This document shows positions 38,135 to 50,390 of a DNA stretch of 64,000 nt, in pieces. The notes under the pieces were generated by a model that saw only the letters and a program-made list of their open reading frames with translations, searched no databases and was not told the origin of the DNA. Made by a program: the position numbers and the translations under genes. Within the stretch, counting starts at the first letter, position 1. The number at the start of each line of letters is the position of its first letter. This stretch comes from Takakia lepidozioides (lineage: Eukaryota > Plantae > Bryophyta): positions 14,260,001 through 14,324,000 of the forward strand of contig CM060732.1 in NCBI GenBank assembly GCA_030704615.1. Reading direction: 5' to 3'.

Positions 38135-38460
38135 TGTAGTGTTAGAAAAGAAGGGCATAAATCCCTTCTGTCTAATTCTAATCTAGTTCTTAGTGAAAGG
38201 TAAGCTTGCTAGCCTAAGACACAAGCCCTTAATCAGTGACTCTACACCATTCATGATCAGAGACCAAATGAACCTCATCCATGCCGCAGCGGAAGAGAAA
38301 ACATGGATGGGACTGGGAAGTTTCTCCCTTTCATGACTTGGTACATCTAAGTAGGGTTTGCATGCACCAATAAGGTTGGTGTGATGATTTCAGTCTTACA
38401 AACAGATCACTATCAGGGTGAATACACAACCTATGAAGTGATTCCCTTGCACGGATAATA
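38135..38460 (-). mobile_element. Diverged fragment of the TGTAGTGT-family element (right end, reversed)
   Basis: TGTAGTGTTAGAAAAGAAGGG...CCCTTCTGT.TAATTCTAAT and CCTCATCCA.GCCGCAGCGGAAG match the reverse complement of 17430-17635. Confidence 0.7.
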
Positions 38461-38462
38461 CT

Positions 38463-39603
38463 TTGAACCCTTCCTTGAACAAAATCGGCGTCGGAGTCAC
38501 TCTCTTGGGTCCCCTCCTGCGCCTCCTCCGATGCCCCGATGGTTTTCTTCTTTTTGAGCCACGAGTTCACCGACCAGCCGAACGCGGACAAAGCAGCAAT
38601 GCGCCTTCTGTACAGGTACATACGCGCTGCCTTTCTTTCAAGTCCTGGCATTGCAGGATGTTAGAGGCCTCAAGTGGTGTTAGGGAAAATGGCGCCGAAT
38701 TTCCAGTCAGGGCTCCGAAAATGGCTAAGTCCCTAGACTGGCTGGCCCGGAACTGGAAATTCGGCGCCATTTTCCAGTTCCAGGCCCTATTGCCGTTCAG
38801 GGACTTACCCATTTTCGGCCCAAGTCCCTAGACTGGCTGGCCCTGAAGTGGAAATTCGGCGCCATATTCCAGTTTTAGGCCCTATTGCCGTTCAGGGAGT
38901 TAGCCATTTTCGGCCTAAGTCCCTAGTGTGGCTGGCCCGGAACTGGAAATTCGGCGCCGTTTTCCAGTTCTAGGCCCTATTGCCGTCCAGGGACTTAGCC
39001 ATTTTTGGGCTAAGTCCCTAGACTGGCTGGCCCGGAACTGGAAATTCGGCGCCGTTTTCCAGTTCTAGGCCCTATTGCCGTCGAGGGACTTAGCCATTTT
39101 CGGGCTAAGTCCCTAGACTGGGTGGCCCTGAAGTGGAAATTCGGCGCCATATTCCAGTTGTAGGCCCTATTGCCGTTCAGAGACTTAGCCATTTTCGGAC
39201 CTCATTGTGTTTTTCATGAATGCAGGTACAGTAAGTTCTCGCTTTTGGAGAAAGGTCATCTGTCTTTCGAGCCACCATTCTTCCTGGCATGGAGGAACCC
39301 TGGGGCTGACTCCATGTACACTGACGATATTGTGAAGGAGCGGCATCTGGAACATTTGCGTGATTGCCCTTGGTATGTGGACCTTCCGCCCGGCTCGCTC
39401 GACCCATCCGAGTTTCAATTGAAGCTGGATGCTGAATTCCGACGAAACCGGGCTCCGCTGCCTCCGTTGGGTGCAAAAGAGGCAAAAGCGCTTGCGAACT
39501 CCAGGAAAGCGGCAGAGCTTGCTCAGGCAGGAATTCAGGAGAAATTGCATGAGAAGAGTAAAGGTCAAAGGAAAAGGACAAGGAAACAGGTGACTGCAGT
39601 AAC
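38463..39603. pseudogene. Rearranged fragment of the family A cargo gene including the intronic repeat array
   Basis: 38463-38555 matches 46414-46495 directly. 38556-39603 matches 47805-46497 inverted. Confidence 0.85.
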
Positions 39604-39604
39604 A

Positions 39605-40190
39605 ACAATTTATGGTGCTGAGTCTGCATCTCTGGTTTGATGTCCGACTTTGTATGTTTTTCCAGAGATTGTGTCCAATGGAATAGACATGTACGCTCTC
39701 TTCCTGGCATAGGCACTTTTGGGTCGCCCGATCCGAAGACAATACGAACAGCATTGAAATTTGCTTGAGCACTATCCGCCATGAAACCTGCAAAATTTGG
39801 AGATGGCAGCCCATGGCAGCCCATGACACGTATCAGGGAATTCCACATGAGCTTCTGGGATTCCGTATCCTCGGATTGCATGTCACAAACTGCAATTGTC
39901 ATAACTCGTTGGTACACTGGATCGTAGACATGACAAGCCATTGTCGTCCAATCCTTCACTCGTTTCACATGATCAAACATAAGAAAACAATTCTGCAAGT
40001 CCCCAGTCTTCTGTATCCGCTTCACGAGGCTAACCCCACTACCCTCCCCAACAGTCGACATTTTGAAAAGAAAAACTTTGATGGCACCTTGACCTGGGAA
40101 TACATTGTCCTGGATGTAATCATACTTGCTCACTCGTTTCAATTCCAAAATATTGTCTATGTAGCCTCTGACCACACAACCACCCGAGGA
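39605..40190 (-). pseudogene. MULE transposase core, family D
   Basis: FPGQG...FKMST...LMFDHVKR...GFMADSAQAN...RERTCLFHW, homologous to the A and B transposases. Confidence 0.82.
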
Positions 40191-40823
40191 GTTAATCAGG
40201 TCGCAAAAATGCAAGTGCGTGCTATCTTGGCACCATCTCCTCATCCATCTCACTCTACTGTCATCCTGCTGGCTTGTGCATGGATTGCGGTTCAATCCAT
40301 CCGCATCCTGATTGACTAGACCGGGTCAATGTGCCACCTAAAAGAGCAGCTCCACACATGCACCACTTGCTTGGTCAACTATCCACCACAAAGTTCAGAC
40401 TACCAAGAGCATGAATAGCCAAGCATTGCCTCCCTCTCGTCATATTACATAGTTAGGGTGAAGCTATGCATACATTGAATGATGATCTCCCTTCAAGGAT
40501 TTCCCACCATATGTTCTCCAAGCCCTTCCAATGCCCTATGCTTGGCTCCACACCACCATGACTGGAAGATTTCTTCACATGCTCCCTTTCAAAACCTCTT
40601 GAGCTTCTTAGTGCTCTCCAAGTGCTTGCCCTTGTTGTCTTCAAGCCCAAGCCTATGTAGCTCTTGGCTTCTCTTCCACAACATCCACACTTTGAACTTG
40701 CTTAACCCTAGATTGATAGTGAAATGAGCACTAACAATCCTTTAGTTACTCTCCACAAGCCATGGCACACACCATTGACTCTATAATGCATACAAAAGAT
40801 TCTCAAACGGGAAGGTCAGATTA

Positions 40824-43186
40824 GACCCAGCGTAGCTACGGCGTGAGCCCAGCCCCGTGAGCTCGTGAGCTGCGCTCACGCTTTACCTACTAACCGTGAG
40901 CCTAGGCTCACACTTGCTAAGAGTGAGCGCATGGTTTAGCGTGTAGGAGAAGCAGGTCCTATTAGCCGAGGAGAAGGGCCTATTACCTTGGAAAATACCA
41001 ATATGAGCAAAAATAAATACACCAGAGCCATGTAACTAGTTGCATGAGATGTGGGCAGAAAAACATGACATACAATAAATGTAGATTGCAGAGAGCATGC
41101 ATTGACTTAAAAAAACATGAAAAAACATGTTTGGATGAGATTGAAGGCACCCACAAATGTTTGGGTGAAAGAAATAATGTGGCCTAGTTGTACTGAACAT
41201 CTGTAATAAGTAGCAATCTCCACAAGCTATAGGGACATGATCCCCAAGACTACATAAGATACTACTCAATATGTAGGTGAGTTGTCATGCTGTAGAAGAG
41301 TATCAACTTTGCTGAAACCAAGCATGGCCTGGTGAATGAACTGGTCTCTTTTGGGATCACAGTACATCATGTGCAGATATATGTAGTACAGATGCTTGCA
41401 AGGGACCCACCTCCCTCTCTTTCCAAGACTGTCCTCACGCATGCTTACAAAATTTGGAGAGGTGCAATCTGGAAAATTGCCCACCGTAACTTGATATGCT
41501 TTGTCATGAAGAACACAGCCTGAAGTGACCAATGTGTCCACTCAACCATAGCCACGAGGTGGAACTTCTATGATACCTGTCACCCGCGCCTGCATAATTC
41601 TTACTGACTTCATCTTGCAGTCGTGATCTGCACCTGAAAGAACAGGGTGCACTGTTTTTCCATTCCTTTTCGTGGAGTGTGAATTAGCCGGGCGGTAGGA
41701 GGCATTTGAGGAACATAAGGCAAAAATTCTGTCTGGGGCAGGTCCAGGCACCAGTACAGAACGTGCAAGATGAAACCCAACATCCTCCAACATGCTAATC
41801 TCTTTTGATGAGAGAGAGGTTCCCGACTTCATTGACCAAATGTTGGGTGCGAGAGGCTTCATTATGACATAGTCGCGTATCGTCCCATTCACGCATCGAG
41901 TCACATCATCTGGGCAGAACCAAAAATATGAACCTTGGACTCCTTTGTTCCATTCTGTCGGAACAACCCTATGAACGTAGGAGCAGGAGTGCCCCTAGAG
42001 CCTTTGGCTAACTTTGAGGTGCATTTGACAAAAGTAGTCGCGCAGATTGATGTACATCCCACTCTAGATCCAATTGCAGTGCGCTCTATGTGCCACTAAG
42101 AGTCACTGCATGAAGACTCATGCACAACGGACATCATGTCCTCCACCAAGCCTGGAACTGCAGCGGTTGGACGCAAATGAATGGGTTGACTGGAAGAGGA
42201 TCCACCAGCAGATGGTATTGTGTGCGGTGGACAGACTTGGAGGACAAAGAAGTAGTCTGATCTGTTGGGGCAGTGGGAATCTCCATCCAAACCAGGACTA
42301 GGCGTGTTGAGCTTTCGTTTGCACGAACCAAATCTCTCCTCACCTTTCAGATAGAGAATCCTAGATTGCAAAGGCAAACGCTCAGCGCATCTGTTCACCG
42401 TCCTTGCCATCTTTGTAGGATCCTCTGATCTGGTGGTGCAGCCCTCAACATCAATTCGGTGGTACAAGGTCCCTTACCTCCAAACCGCGCCCTCAGGAAA
42501 TCACGATACCTGGTTTGTTAGTGTTTGCCGGTGGAGGGGCAGTGGGATACAACACATGGGTAGCATGAACTATGTAATGTGGTATGTGGATGACCATGAT
42601 TTGAAATGTGTAATTCACATCAATTCGTTGGCTGTGCAATGATATGGCCTCCAACTATACGGAGTGAGGTCTGAGTGACAACTTTTAGGTAGTGCACATT
42701 TGTCATTGCACCGTTCGAAGTCTACATGTCTTGCTGTCGCTATGCACTACAATCATCTTTTGAAGATGATCATAACTCTCATTGTTATTTGAGGAGGGAG
42801 GAAGTCTTCTCGTGGCAGCCTTTATGGCGCACACTTTGTGAGGATATTTTGTCGTCTTCGTAATTGTAAAAGTGAAACAAGCATTTGTAATTGCACAATG
42901 TTGGATGCTGCAATTGTAGGCCTCAACGCTCGTCTTGATTCTATTTAGGCAAGATTCCCTGCATTAATTCCACGGTCATAGGACCATCCACGGTTATAGG
43001 CGGCGCATGTTAATGCTGACGTGGCAGTTGACGGACAGTGCCACGTCATCATTTACCGCCACATCAGCATGCTGACATGACGCTCACGCCACGTCAGCGT
43101 GTGTGCAGGCTCACGCCACGTCACTCCTGCGTGAGCGTACGCTCGCGCGCTCACGTGCAACGCTCACGCCATTGCGTCGTTGGGTC
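40824..43186 (-). mobile_element. Family D deletion derivative bounded by imperfect TIRs
   Basis: GACCCAGCGTAGCTACGGCGTGAGC versus reverse complement GACCCAACGACGCAATGGCGTGAGC, with CGTGAGC subterminal repeats. No TSD found. Confidence 0.55.
41266..42470 (-). pseudogene. C-terminal part of family D transposase with SWIM finger
   Basis: YQVTVGNFPDCTSPNF...VPCKHLYYIYL...FIHQ, plus VPPRGYG and WFC motifs shared with families A and B. Confidence 0.75.
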
Positions 43187-44581
43187 TGCTGGAAGTCTGT
43201 CTGTTGGGATATCAGTCTGTTGCACTTGTGAATTTGTCAGTCTGTTGTGTCGGAAGTCTGTTGTACTAAGTCTGTTTGACTTCTTATTTTCCCTCCGGTC
43301 AGTCTTTTGGCTTGTTCTCCCACCAGTCTGGCGAAACGTCCGTATGCTGGATAGTTCTCCTCTATGGATATCAGTCTGTTGGACTGTGCATGCATCAGTC
43401 TGTTGTGCCGCGAGTCTGTTTGCAATGGGTGTGTTCGACTTTCCTGTTCTCCCCTTATTCTCTTTTGTCTTCATTCCGCTGGCAAGGAAGTGCCTCCAAT
43501 ATGAAGCCGCTTTGCCTCAGCAAAGCGAATAGTCTGCTGGACTCTCGGCCCGATGGGAAATGAGTCTGCTACACTTGCGAGGACCGTGGATGAATTTAGT
43601 ATGATGCGATCGTTCGGTGGACGTATTCAATGCGATGACGGCGGATAGTTGGCGCCTGTGAAATCGCGCCACGTTGGCAGTGCCATGCCCGCTTTCCCCC
43701 TTCTACTTCTACTTTCTTCTCATGTTCCCTGTGCGATCGACTCCATTCTCTTCGCGCCTGTTTCTTCGCACAGTTTTGCATTGTTTTGTTTTCCTCTTTG
43801 CGTTTCCATCACCGTAACGAAAGACGACCATTCTTCCCCAGGTGTGGAGAGTCGCGGTGAGCCGCGAAGCGTCGCAAACACGCTCGCCTTCGTAACAACT
43901 CGAAGTTCATCGGTTCGGTGAGGTTCTCACTTGCTGCGGTGTTTCCATTCCATTCTGTGTCCTCTTCTTGCTTAGGGTGAGTCTTTTCATAGGACTTCTA
44001 TCTGTCGTTCTGTCGCTCATTGTCCTTGCACCTTCGTTTCATTCTGCAGCGATGGAGGATGCTCGTGAAAAGGGTGCAGCGGACTGGGTGGATTTTGTGC
44101 ACCAAACCAGACTAAAGAAGGAGTGAAGGTACTGGTACTCACCAGACGAGTTTGATCATAAAATAGTGGAAGCATTTGTAGACCTCCGCGCCCGGAAGCC
44201 CAAAAACTCGAATTGGCAGAAGGACAAGCTCTTCTGTCCCTTCTGTGAAGAGGTAATCAAGGACAAAATCCAACTAAATCAGCATTGTGTTGACACGGGT
44301 TGCAAGGGGGGCTGCTATTTCATGAGCGGCATGAGCATGAGTGGAAAAAAAAAAAGCATGAGCAGACCATTGTGAGTCCACGGAAATAGGGTTAGGAGGC
44401 ACGGAAATAGGGTCATGTGAAGTTGGAATGTGGCACCAGTGGACTTGAAATGCAACATTTTATTGCAAATTTTGTGGCAAGCCACGTCTATACAAGTGTG
44501 TTCTAACTGTCATAGTCGGAATGGGCACTACTCTCCTACACCCTCCGAGGAACTTGCCCCACCTTCTTCCTCACCCCCCCC

Positions 44582-47500
44582 TCATCCCTCGTCCTCCGAG
44601 CTCTGTGATGCATCAGTTCCACTATGCCTCTCAAAAATCCCGTCCTCTCCTTGGGGGACTGTCCACCTCACCTCCTGGGAATCTTCTGCGTCTTCTCCCC
44701 CACTTTCCTCAGCAGAATCCAACACAAATCTACGAGCCTGACGGGCTCTAATAGCTGCTGCCTCCTCCCTCATCTTCATTTTCTTGAGGCTTGCCTTGTC
44801 TAAAATCTGCTGTACACGACTACGTTCGGAACACCTCCTAATGGACACCGAAGCAAGCCGGGCAACATAAGTAGGAAGGATGTACTCCCTTTCTGGACTA
44901 GGCATGAAATCCCCCCTGGCAAAAAAAGGCACGTTCCTCCTGCCCATGAACTCCGGTGTAGACGTCCCTTCGGCAGTACTTGGCATCCTACAGTAAGAAC
45001 AAATCCACTTCAAGAATGTCAATACCAGCACAACCAGAAAGGGTTTTCAATGAAATAAGAGAGCGGAGGGAGGTGCCTCACAAAATCTGGAGGCAACTTA
45101 CAATGCCACCACTCACTCGTAAACCGGGGGCTCCTCGGGCTCGATCCCAACTTCCTCCCCCTGCTCCTTCTCGGATTTTTCCTCATCCTCCGAGGATGCC
45201 TCTTCCTCTTTCGGCAGACGTTCAGCAGTTGCAAGTTCCGAGTTGTGGAGGGCAGTATCTGGCTCGAAGGCGAACACATGCCTGTCGGACAACGTCCCTG
45301 CCCACATTGAAGCACCTAAGGAACAAAGCGGGCGGTTAATAGCTTGCGGCATGCAATTACAATCGGGCCAGGGGACAAACTGAGCACGTGAAGGCTTACC
45401 CGTGCCGCATGTGAGATCCAGAATCCGCCCTTGGACATCCGAGCACGTCTCCATGAGGGTTTGGATGAAAGCAGGGCTCCGGGTCCGGCTGTACCGCCAC
45501 GGTTTGCCTGTCTTTGTGTCCTTCGGCATACTGGAGTGGGGCACATAGTTGTAGAGGACATCGTAGGTTACAGGGTCCATAGCGGCATCAACAAGACGAC
45601 CGTTGTTGCGGAATTTGAACGTAGACCCTCTCTTCACAAAGCAATATGCCTCAAACACCAATGTCTGCACATCCAACAAAGAAGGGATCAACTCCAGGGT
45701 CTACTTAACATACACCACAATATGAGGTGAATGCAAAAGATTGATAACTTACACTTTGGCCCTCTGTTCGCAACCCCTGCGTACTGATGCATAACCATTT
45801 TCTGAGGAGGACCGGGGTGACACTTTTCGGTGTCCACCTTGCCACCGCAGTCTCTGTGGTCTTCCCTCTCGGGCAAGGACAACCACACATCCACCGTCAT
45901 CCAGAAGCATCCCCGCCAGCCCAAACCTGGCTTTCCAGTAGTCCTCAGTAAACCTGTTCCAGGTGGGCACACCATCCAGGCCCTCCAGCAGCTCCCCATC
46001 TGGAATGTCGAGGAGAATCATGTCGCAAGCTCTCTCCACCTCAACCCCCCCCCGAGTGCTCTTGCAATTCGTGCTCACAGCCGTGAAGAATTCCATCATA
46101 GCTTCAAAACCAGGGGTGTCTTTAGGCTCTGTACCGCCAGCCCTCTTCTTGGCTTTCCCCTTCTGCTCTGCCAGAGACTTGTTGTGTGCCACCTTCTTCG
46201 CCCTGGCAGCGAGAGCGTCAAGGAAGCTCTCATTGACGCATTGGATGATGGTTGGAGGTTCTAGCTTTGGCCTGTGCGTAAACGTCACCGCCGAATACCG
46301 CCGTGTAGGCTCGCCCTCAAATGCCAACTTCTTGGCAGAGCCAGTCCCACTCCGAACTGACTTGGGAACCCGGACGACGGTGACTGGGTAGGAGCAACAG
46401 CAGTCGCAGGACCTTGAACAAAGTCGTCGTCCGAGTCACTCTCTTGGGTCCCCTCCTGCGCCTCCTCCGATGCCCCGATGGTTTTCTTCTTTTTGGGTGT
46501 TACTGCACTCACCTGTTTCCTTGTCCTTTTCCTTTGGCCTTTACTCTTCTCATGCAATTTCTCCTGAATTCCTGCCTGAGCAAGCTCTGCCGCTTTCCTG
46601 GAGTTCGCAAGCGCTTTTGCCTCTTTTGCACCCAACGGAGGCAGCGGAGCCCGGTTTTGTCGGAATTCAGCATCCAGCTTCAATTGAAACTCGGATGGGT
46701 CGAGCGAGCCGGGCGGAAGGTCCACATACCAAGGGCAATCACGCAAATGTTCCAGATGCCACTCCTTCACAATATCGTCAGTGTACATGGAGTCAGCCCC
46801 AGGGTTCCTCCATGCCAGGAAGAATGGTGGCTCGAAAGACAATGACCTTTCTCCAAAAGGGAGAACTTGCAGTACCTGCATTCATAAAAAACACAATGAG
46901 GTCCCTGAAATGCATATTCGGCACCATTTTCCCAGGTTGGGGCGGATGTGAGTGGGCCTAGAAATGGAAAAATGGCGCCGAATTTCGGTTTTCGGTGACT
47001 GCCACCCTAGGGACTTAGCCATCTTGGGAGCCCTGAAATGGAAATTCGGCGCCATTTTTCCCGGTTTGGCCCGAAGATGGCTGTCCCAGAACCGCAATAG
47101 GGCCTAGAACTGGAAAAATGGCGCCGAATTTCCAGTTCAGGTCCAGCCACCCTAGGGACTTAGCCCGAAAATGGCTAAGTCCCTGAACGGCAATAGGGCC
47201 TGGAACTGGAAAATGGCGCCGAATTTCCAGTTCAGGGCCAGCCAGCCTAGGGACTTAGCCCGAAAATGGCTAAGTCCCTGAACGGCAATAGGGCCTGGAA
47301 CTGGAAAATGGCGCCGAATTTCCAGTTCAGGGCCAGCCAGTCTAGGGACTTAGCCCGAAAATGGCTAAGTCCCTGAACGGCAATAGGGCCTCGAACTGGA
47401 AAATGGCGCCGAATTCCCAGTTCCGGGCCAGCCACCCTAGGGACTTAGCCCGAAAATGGCTAAGTCCCTGAACGGCAATAGGGCCTGGAACTGGAAAATG

Positions 47501-50390
47501 GCGCCGAATTTCCAGTTCAGGGCCAGCCAGTCTAGGGACTTAGCCCGAAAATGGCCAAGTCCCTGAACGGCAATAGGGCCTACAACTGGAAAATGGCGCC
47601 GAATTTCCAGTTCAGGGCCAGCCAGTCTAGGGACTTAGCCATTTTCGGAGCCCTGACTGGAAATTCGGCGCCATTTTCCCTAACACCACATGAGGCCTCT
47701 AACATCCTGAAATGCAAGGACTTGAAAGAAAGGCAGCGCGTATGTACCTGTACAGAAGGGGCATTGCTGCTTTGTCCGCGTTCGGCTGGTCGGTGAACTC
47801 GTGGCTCCGGCGAGCATCTGCTATCTCCCAAAGAATAGGTTGGTTTTGTAGAGCAGAAAGTACCTCGTCACATAGTCACGTAGGCTCTCTGCTGCAGGAG
47901 ATATCTCCATCTTGAACTGATGTGCTTGTGTGTCCAGCTGCTCTTGTGCATTCGTCGTCACCTGTGGAGATTCTCCATCAGATCGCTTTCATGAAAAAAT
48001 ACAATGAATCCACCCCTACTAGAGTAGAAGCCCCAAACGAAGCGTGGGGAAGTACCTGAAACCACCATGTCATGCGGTTCATCCACATGTCGAATGTGGG
48101 GTCAGAGAGTTTGTCCGGTTTGGGGAAGCTCCACATGTCCCTGGTACTTTGGGAACCATTCCAGATTTGGAGCCACCGGGTCTGTCCAACCACCCAGCAT
48201 ATTCGTAAGCGCCAAACACCACAAAAAGGAGTTGTTGCCACCACAATTTGGTTAAGAATGTATCACCTTTTCTGTTGCATCCACACAGGATGTGGCTAGA
48301 CGATGGAGCTTCTCCAATGTCATCGTGGGCTTCAGAGCGCGAGAGTAGTGCTTCCCCACCTCCACCAGAAAGTCGGCACCAAGGGCGAGATCAGCTATGG
48401 CCACGTACTTTACCATCCGCGACTTGTACTTTATGCGGGCCCTCACCTCCGCAGCTTTGACATACGATTCGAGTTCCGGGAGGGTTGGATTCTTCTCCTC
48501 TGACTCCATGTAGAACCTCCGCGCATGTGCCAAATCCTGCTGTATTTTCGTCTGTCAAGAATGCGCACATAAGATTAGAGATCCTGCTCAACACAATTAT
48601 TCTATTGGGGGAGGAGATTAGAAATCACGGTGAAGACCCTTTTTCTATTGGGGGAGGAGAGACAGATTAGCTCAACAAAACTGTCAGGAGCTTTACCCGA
48701 AATATGTAGTCCACCATGGCGTCGACGCTCAGCCTATACCAGGTTCTGTCTGCCTTTGCCTCCGACTTGCGCAGGAGGTCGGCACTGAGGGAATTGGCAA
48801 ACTCTTGCACCCCTGCTTCCCAACATCCTTCACTCGGAAGAGCATATGGGACAAGTTGGTGGCAATGAAGGCATTCTCAGTCACCCTGCAGTGCCACATT
48901 TCCATCAAACAATACTCAAATGGGAATTTCCATCATATATGAGGATTTGCAATGAAATGACTTCCAAATTCAAAGTCCAAAAGCGAGAGGGGTTGTAGCT
49001 TACGAGTTGATGTCGGCCATTGCAGCTTTGAGAAGACTGCGATCTTTGGGCCCCGCAACCTTCAGCACAACACAATCCACGGCGAAATGCCAATCGAGGT
49101 CGTTGGGGTGGGCTTGGGCAATGTACTCCATCCATGCCAGGAGGTGATGATTGCCGTCCCACACGTAGAACATCTTACCGGACAAGTGCTGGAAAAGAGG
49201 ATCACTAGCAATCAATCTCTCGAACTCCTCATTTTGCGTTTGCCAATGGGACCCCATTTGTCCACCTCATCGGAAGTGTGGGCACGGGAAGCTCCGTGGT
49301 CGTTCTCAATGGAAACGTAAAATGCGGCAGACCCCATTCGATATCCATCCCGGAAAGAGAATTTCAGCTTGTCGATATCGCCTAGGAGGGCAGGTCTCAC
49401 CACCTGCAATGACACCAAGCGACAAAGGGGAATTCGAAGCTTGGCCGGGTACACCATGCCCCCCAGCACCCTACCAATGTTGCTGTGGGTTGCCTCCAAC
49501 ATCTTGGCAGCGGCCAACTTCATATCCGCCTCAGACATGACGTCTGCTGCAGAGGGGTTTTCCGGCAGCCCAGCAGGACCGCCAAATCCAGCCTGTATGC
49601 TCCGGGTTTGGGGCCTGGGGATGTCCGGGAGGATGTCATCCTGGTCAGAAAGCTCCCTGTCGTCCTCCTCAACAGGGTCAGCCACCTGCAAAACCACCTC
49701 CAGCACTCTCCCCGTCTCTACTGCCCTCTCCCTGGCTTCACCTCGAACTCGCACAATCCGTGCTCTTTCTGGTGTTCTTTCCTCTCCTCCACTCTCCACC
49801 GTATGGGTAATTGCAGGGGCTGCTCTTGCCCGCGATGGTCTAACCAGTGTGTTACTGCCTCTCTGTGGTGTCTTGGAAGGATCCACCGTCTCTGTGCGTC
49901 CCTCACTTACATTGGCATCTGTCATTTGGGCACCCCTGGCCTCTTCAGCTGCCTTTTCTCTTTCCTCCTGGCTAGCATTCTATCTCATCTGTTCTTTTGC
50001 CCTCTCTTTTGCCCTCTCACGGGCTTTCTGTTTCTTAGTAGGGCTAGCAGCAGGGGAGCCCTCCAGGACGACCACCTTTGATTGAGGCGAACTGACACCC
50101 TCTCGCGCACTGCTCACTCCCCCCTCCGCAGCCCGTGACGGCTCTCTCGCCGATGATTGCATGTGCTTAGCTTTCTTCTTTTTCTTTGCGTGGGCGGGCC
50201 CTACTGCATGTGCATGAACAACCTCCATTGCCGGATCTGCTGTCCTCATGTCCTCACGCCCTTCACATGCCATGCCGCCTGCACCAACCTCCCCAATGCC
50301 TATTCTGTCGTACTCTCGTTGCAAGTCCTCCCGTCCACCAACAAAAGGTTTAAGTTTGCCCTCTCGCCCCAAGTTGGGCGATTCAAACAT
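44582..50390 (-). CDS. Multi-exon ParB-like / beta-class amino-methyltransferase-like fusion gene (several 1-bp frameshifts as assembled)
   Basis: RIPLCRL...VVRP...FYVWDGNHH (49144-49440); CDMILLDIPDG (about 45995-46027); RSPAFIQTLMETCSDVQGRILDLTCGT|G-ASMWAGTLSDRHVFAFEPD after splicing 45399-45316. GT-AG introns include 45752-45665 and one starting at 49003. Confidence 0.7.
46900..47680. repeat. 95-bp tandem array in a cargo-gene intron
   Basis: CAATAGGGCC recurs at 47095, 47191, 47286, 47381, 47476 and 47571. Each unit has two palindromes (AACTGGAAAATGGCGCCGAATTTCCAGTT and AGGGACTTAGCC..GGCTAAGTCCCT). Confidence 0.92.

Noticed and set aside
39177-40295. 372-aa ORF as a single gene
   Set aside because: It fuses a family D transposase fragment to the antisense strand of the cargo-gene fragment at 39604.
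40320-40820. Possible LTR remnant
   Set aside because: No partner, PBS, PPT or defined termini visible.
44582-50390. Bacterial contamination as the source of the methyltransferase/ParB-like gene
   Set aside because: It has multiple spliceosomal introns conserved between two families and lies inside a TSD-flanked eukaryotic transposon.
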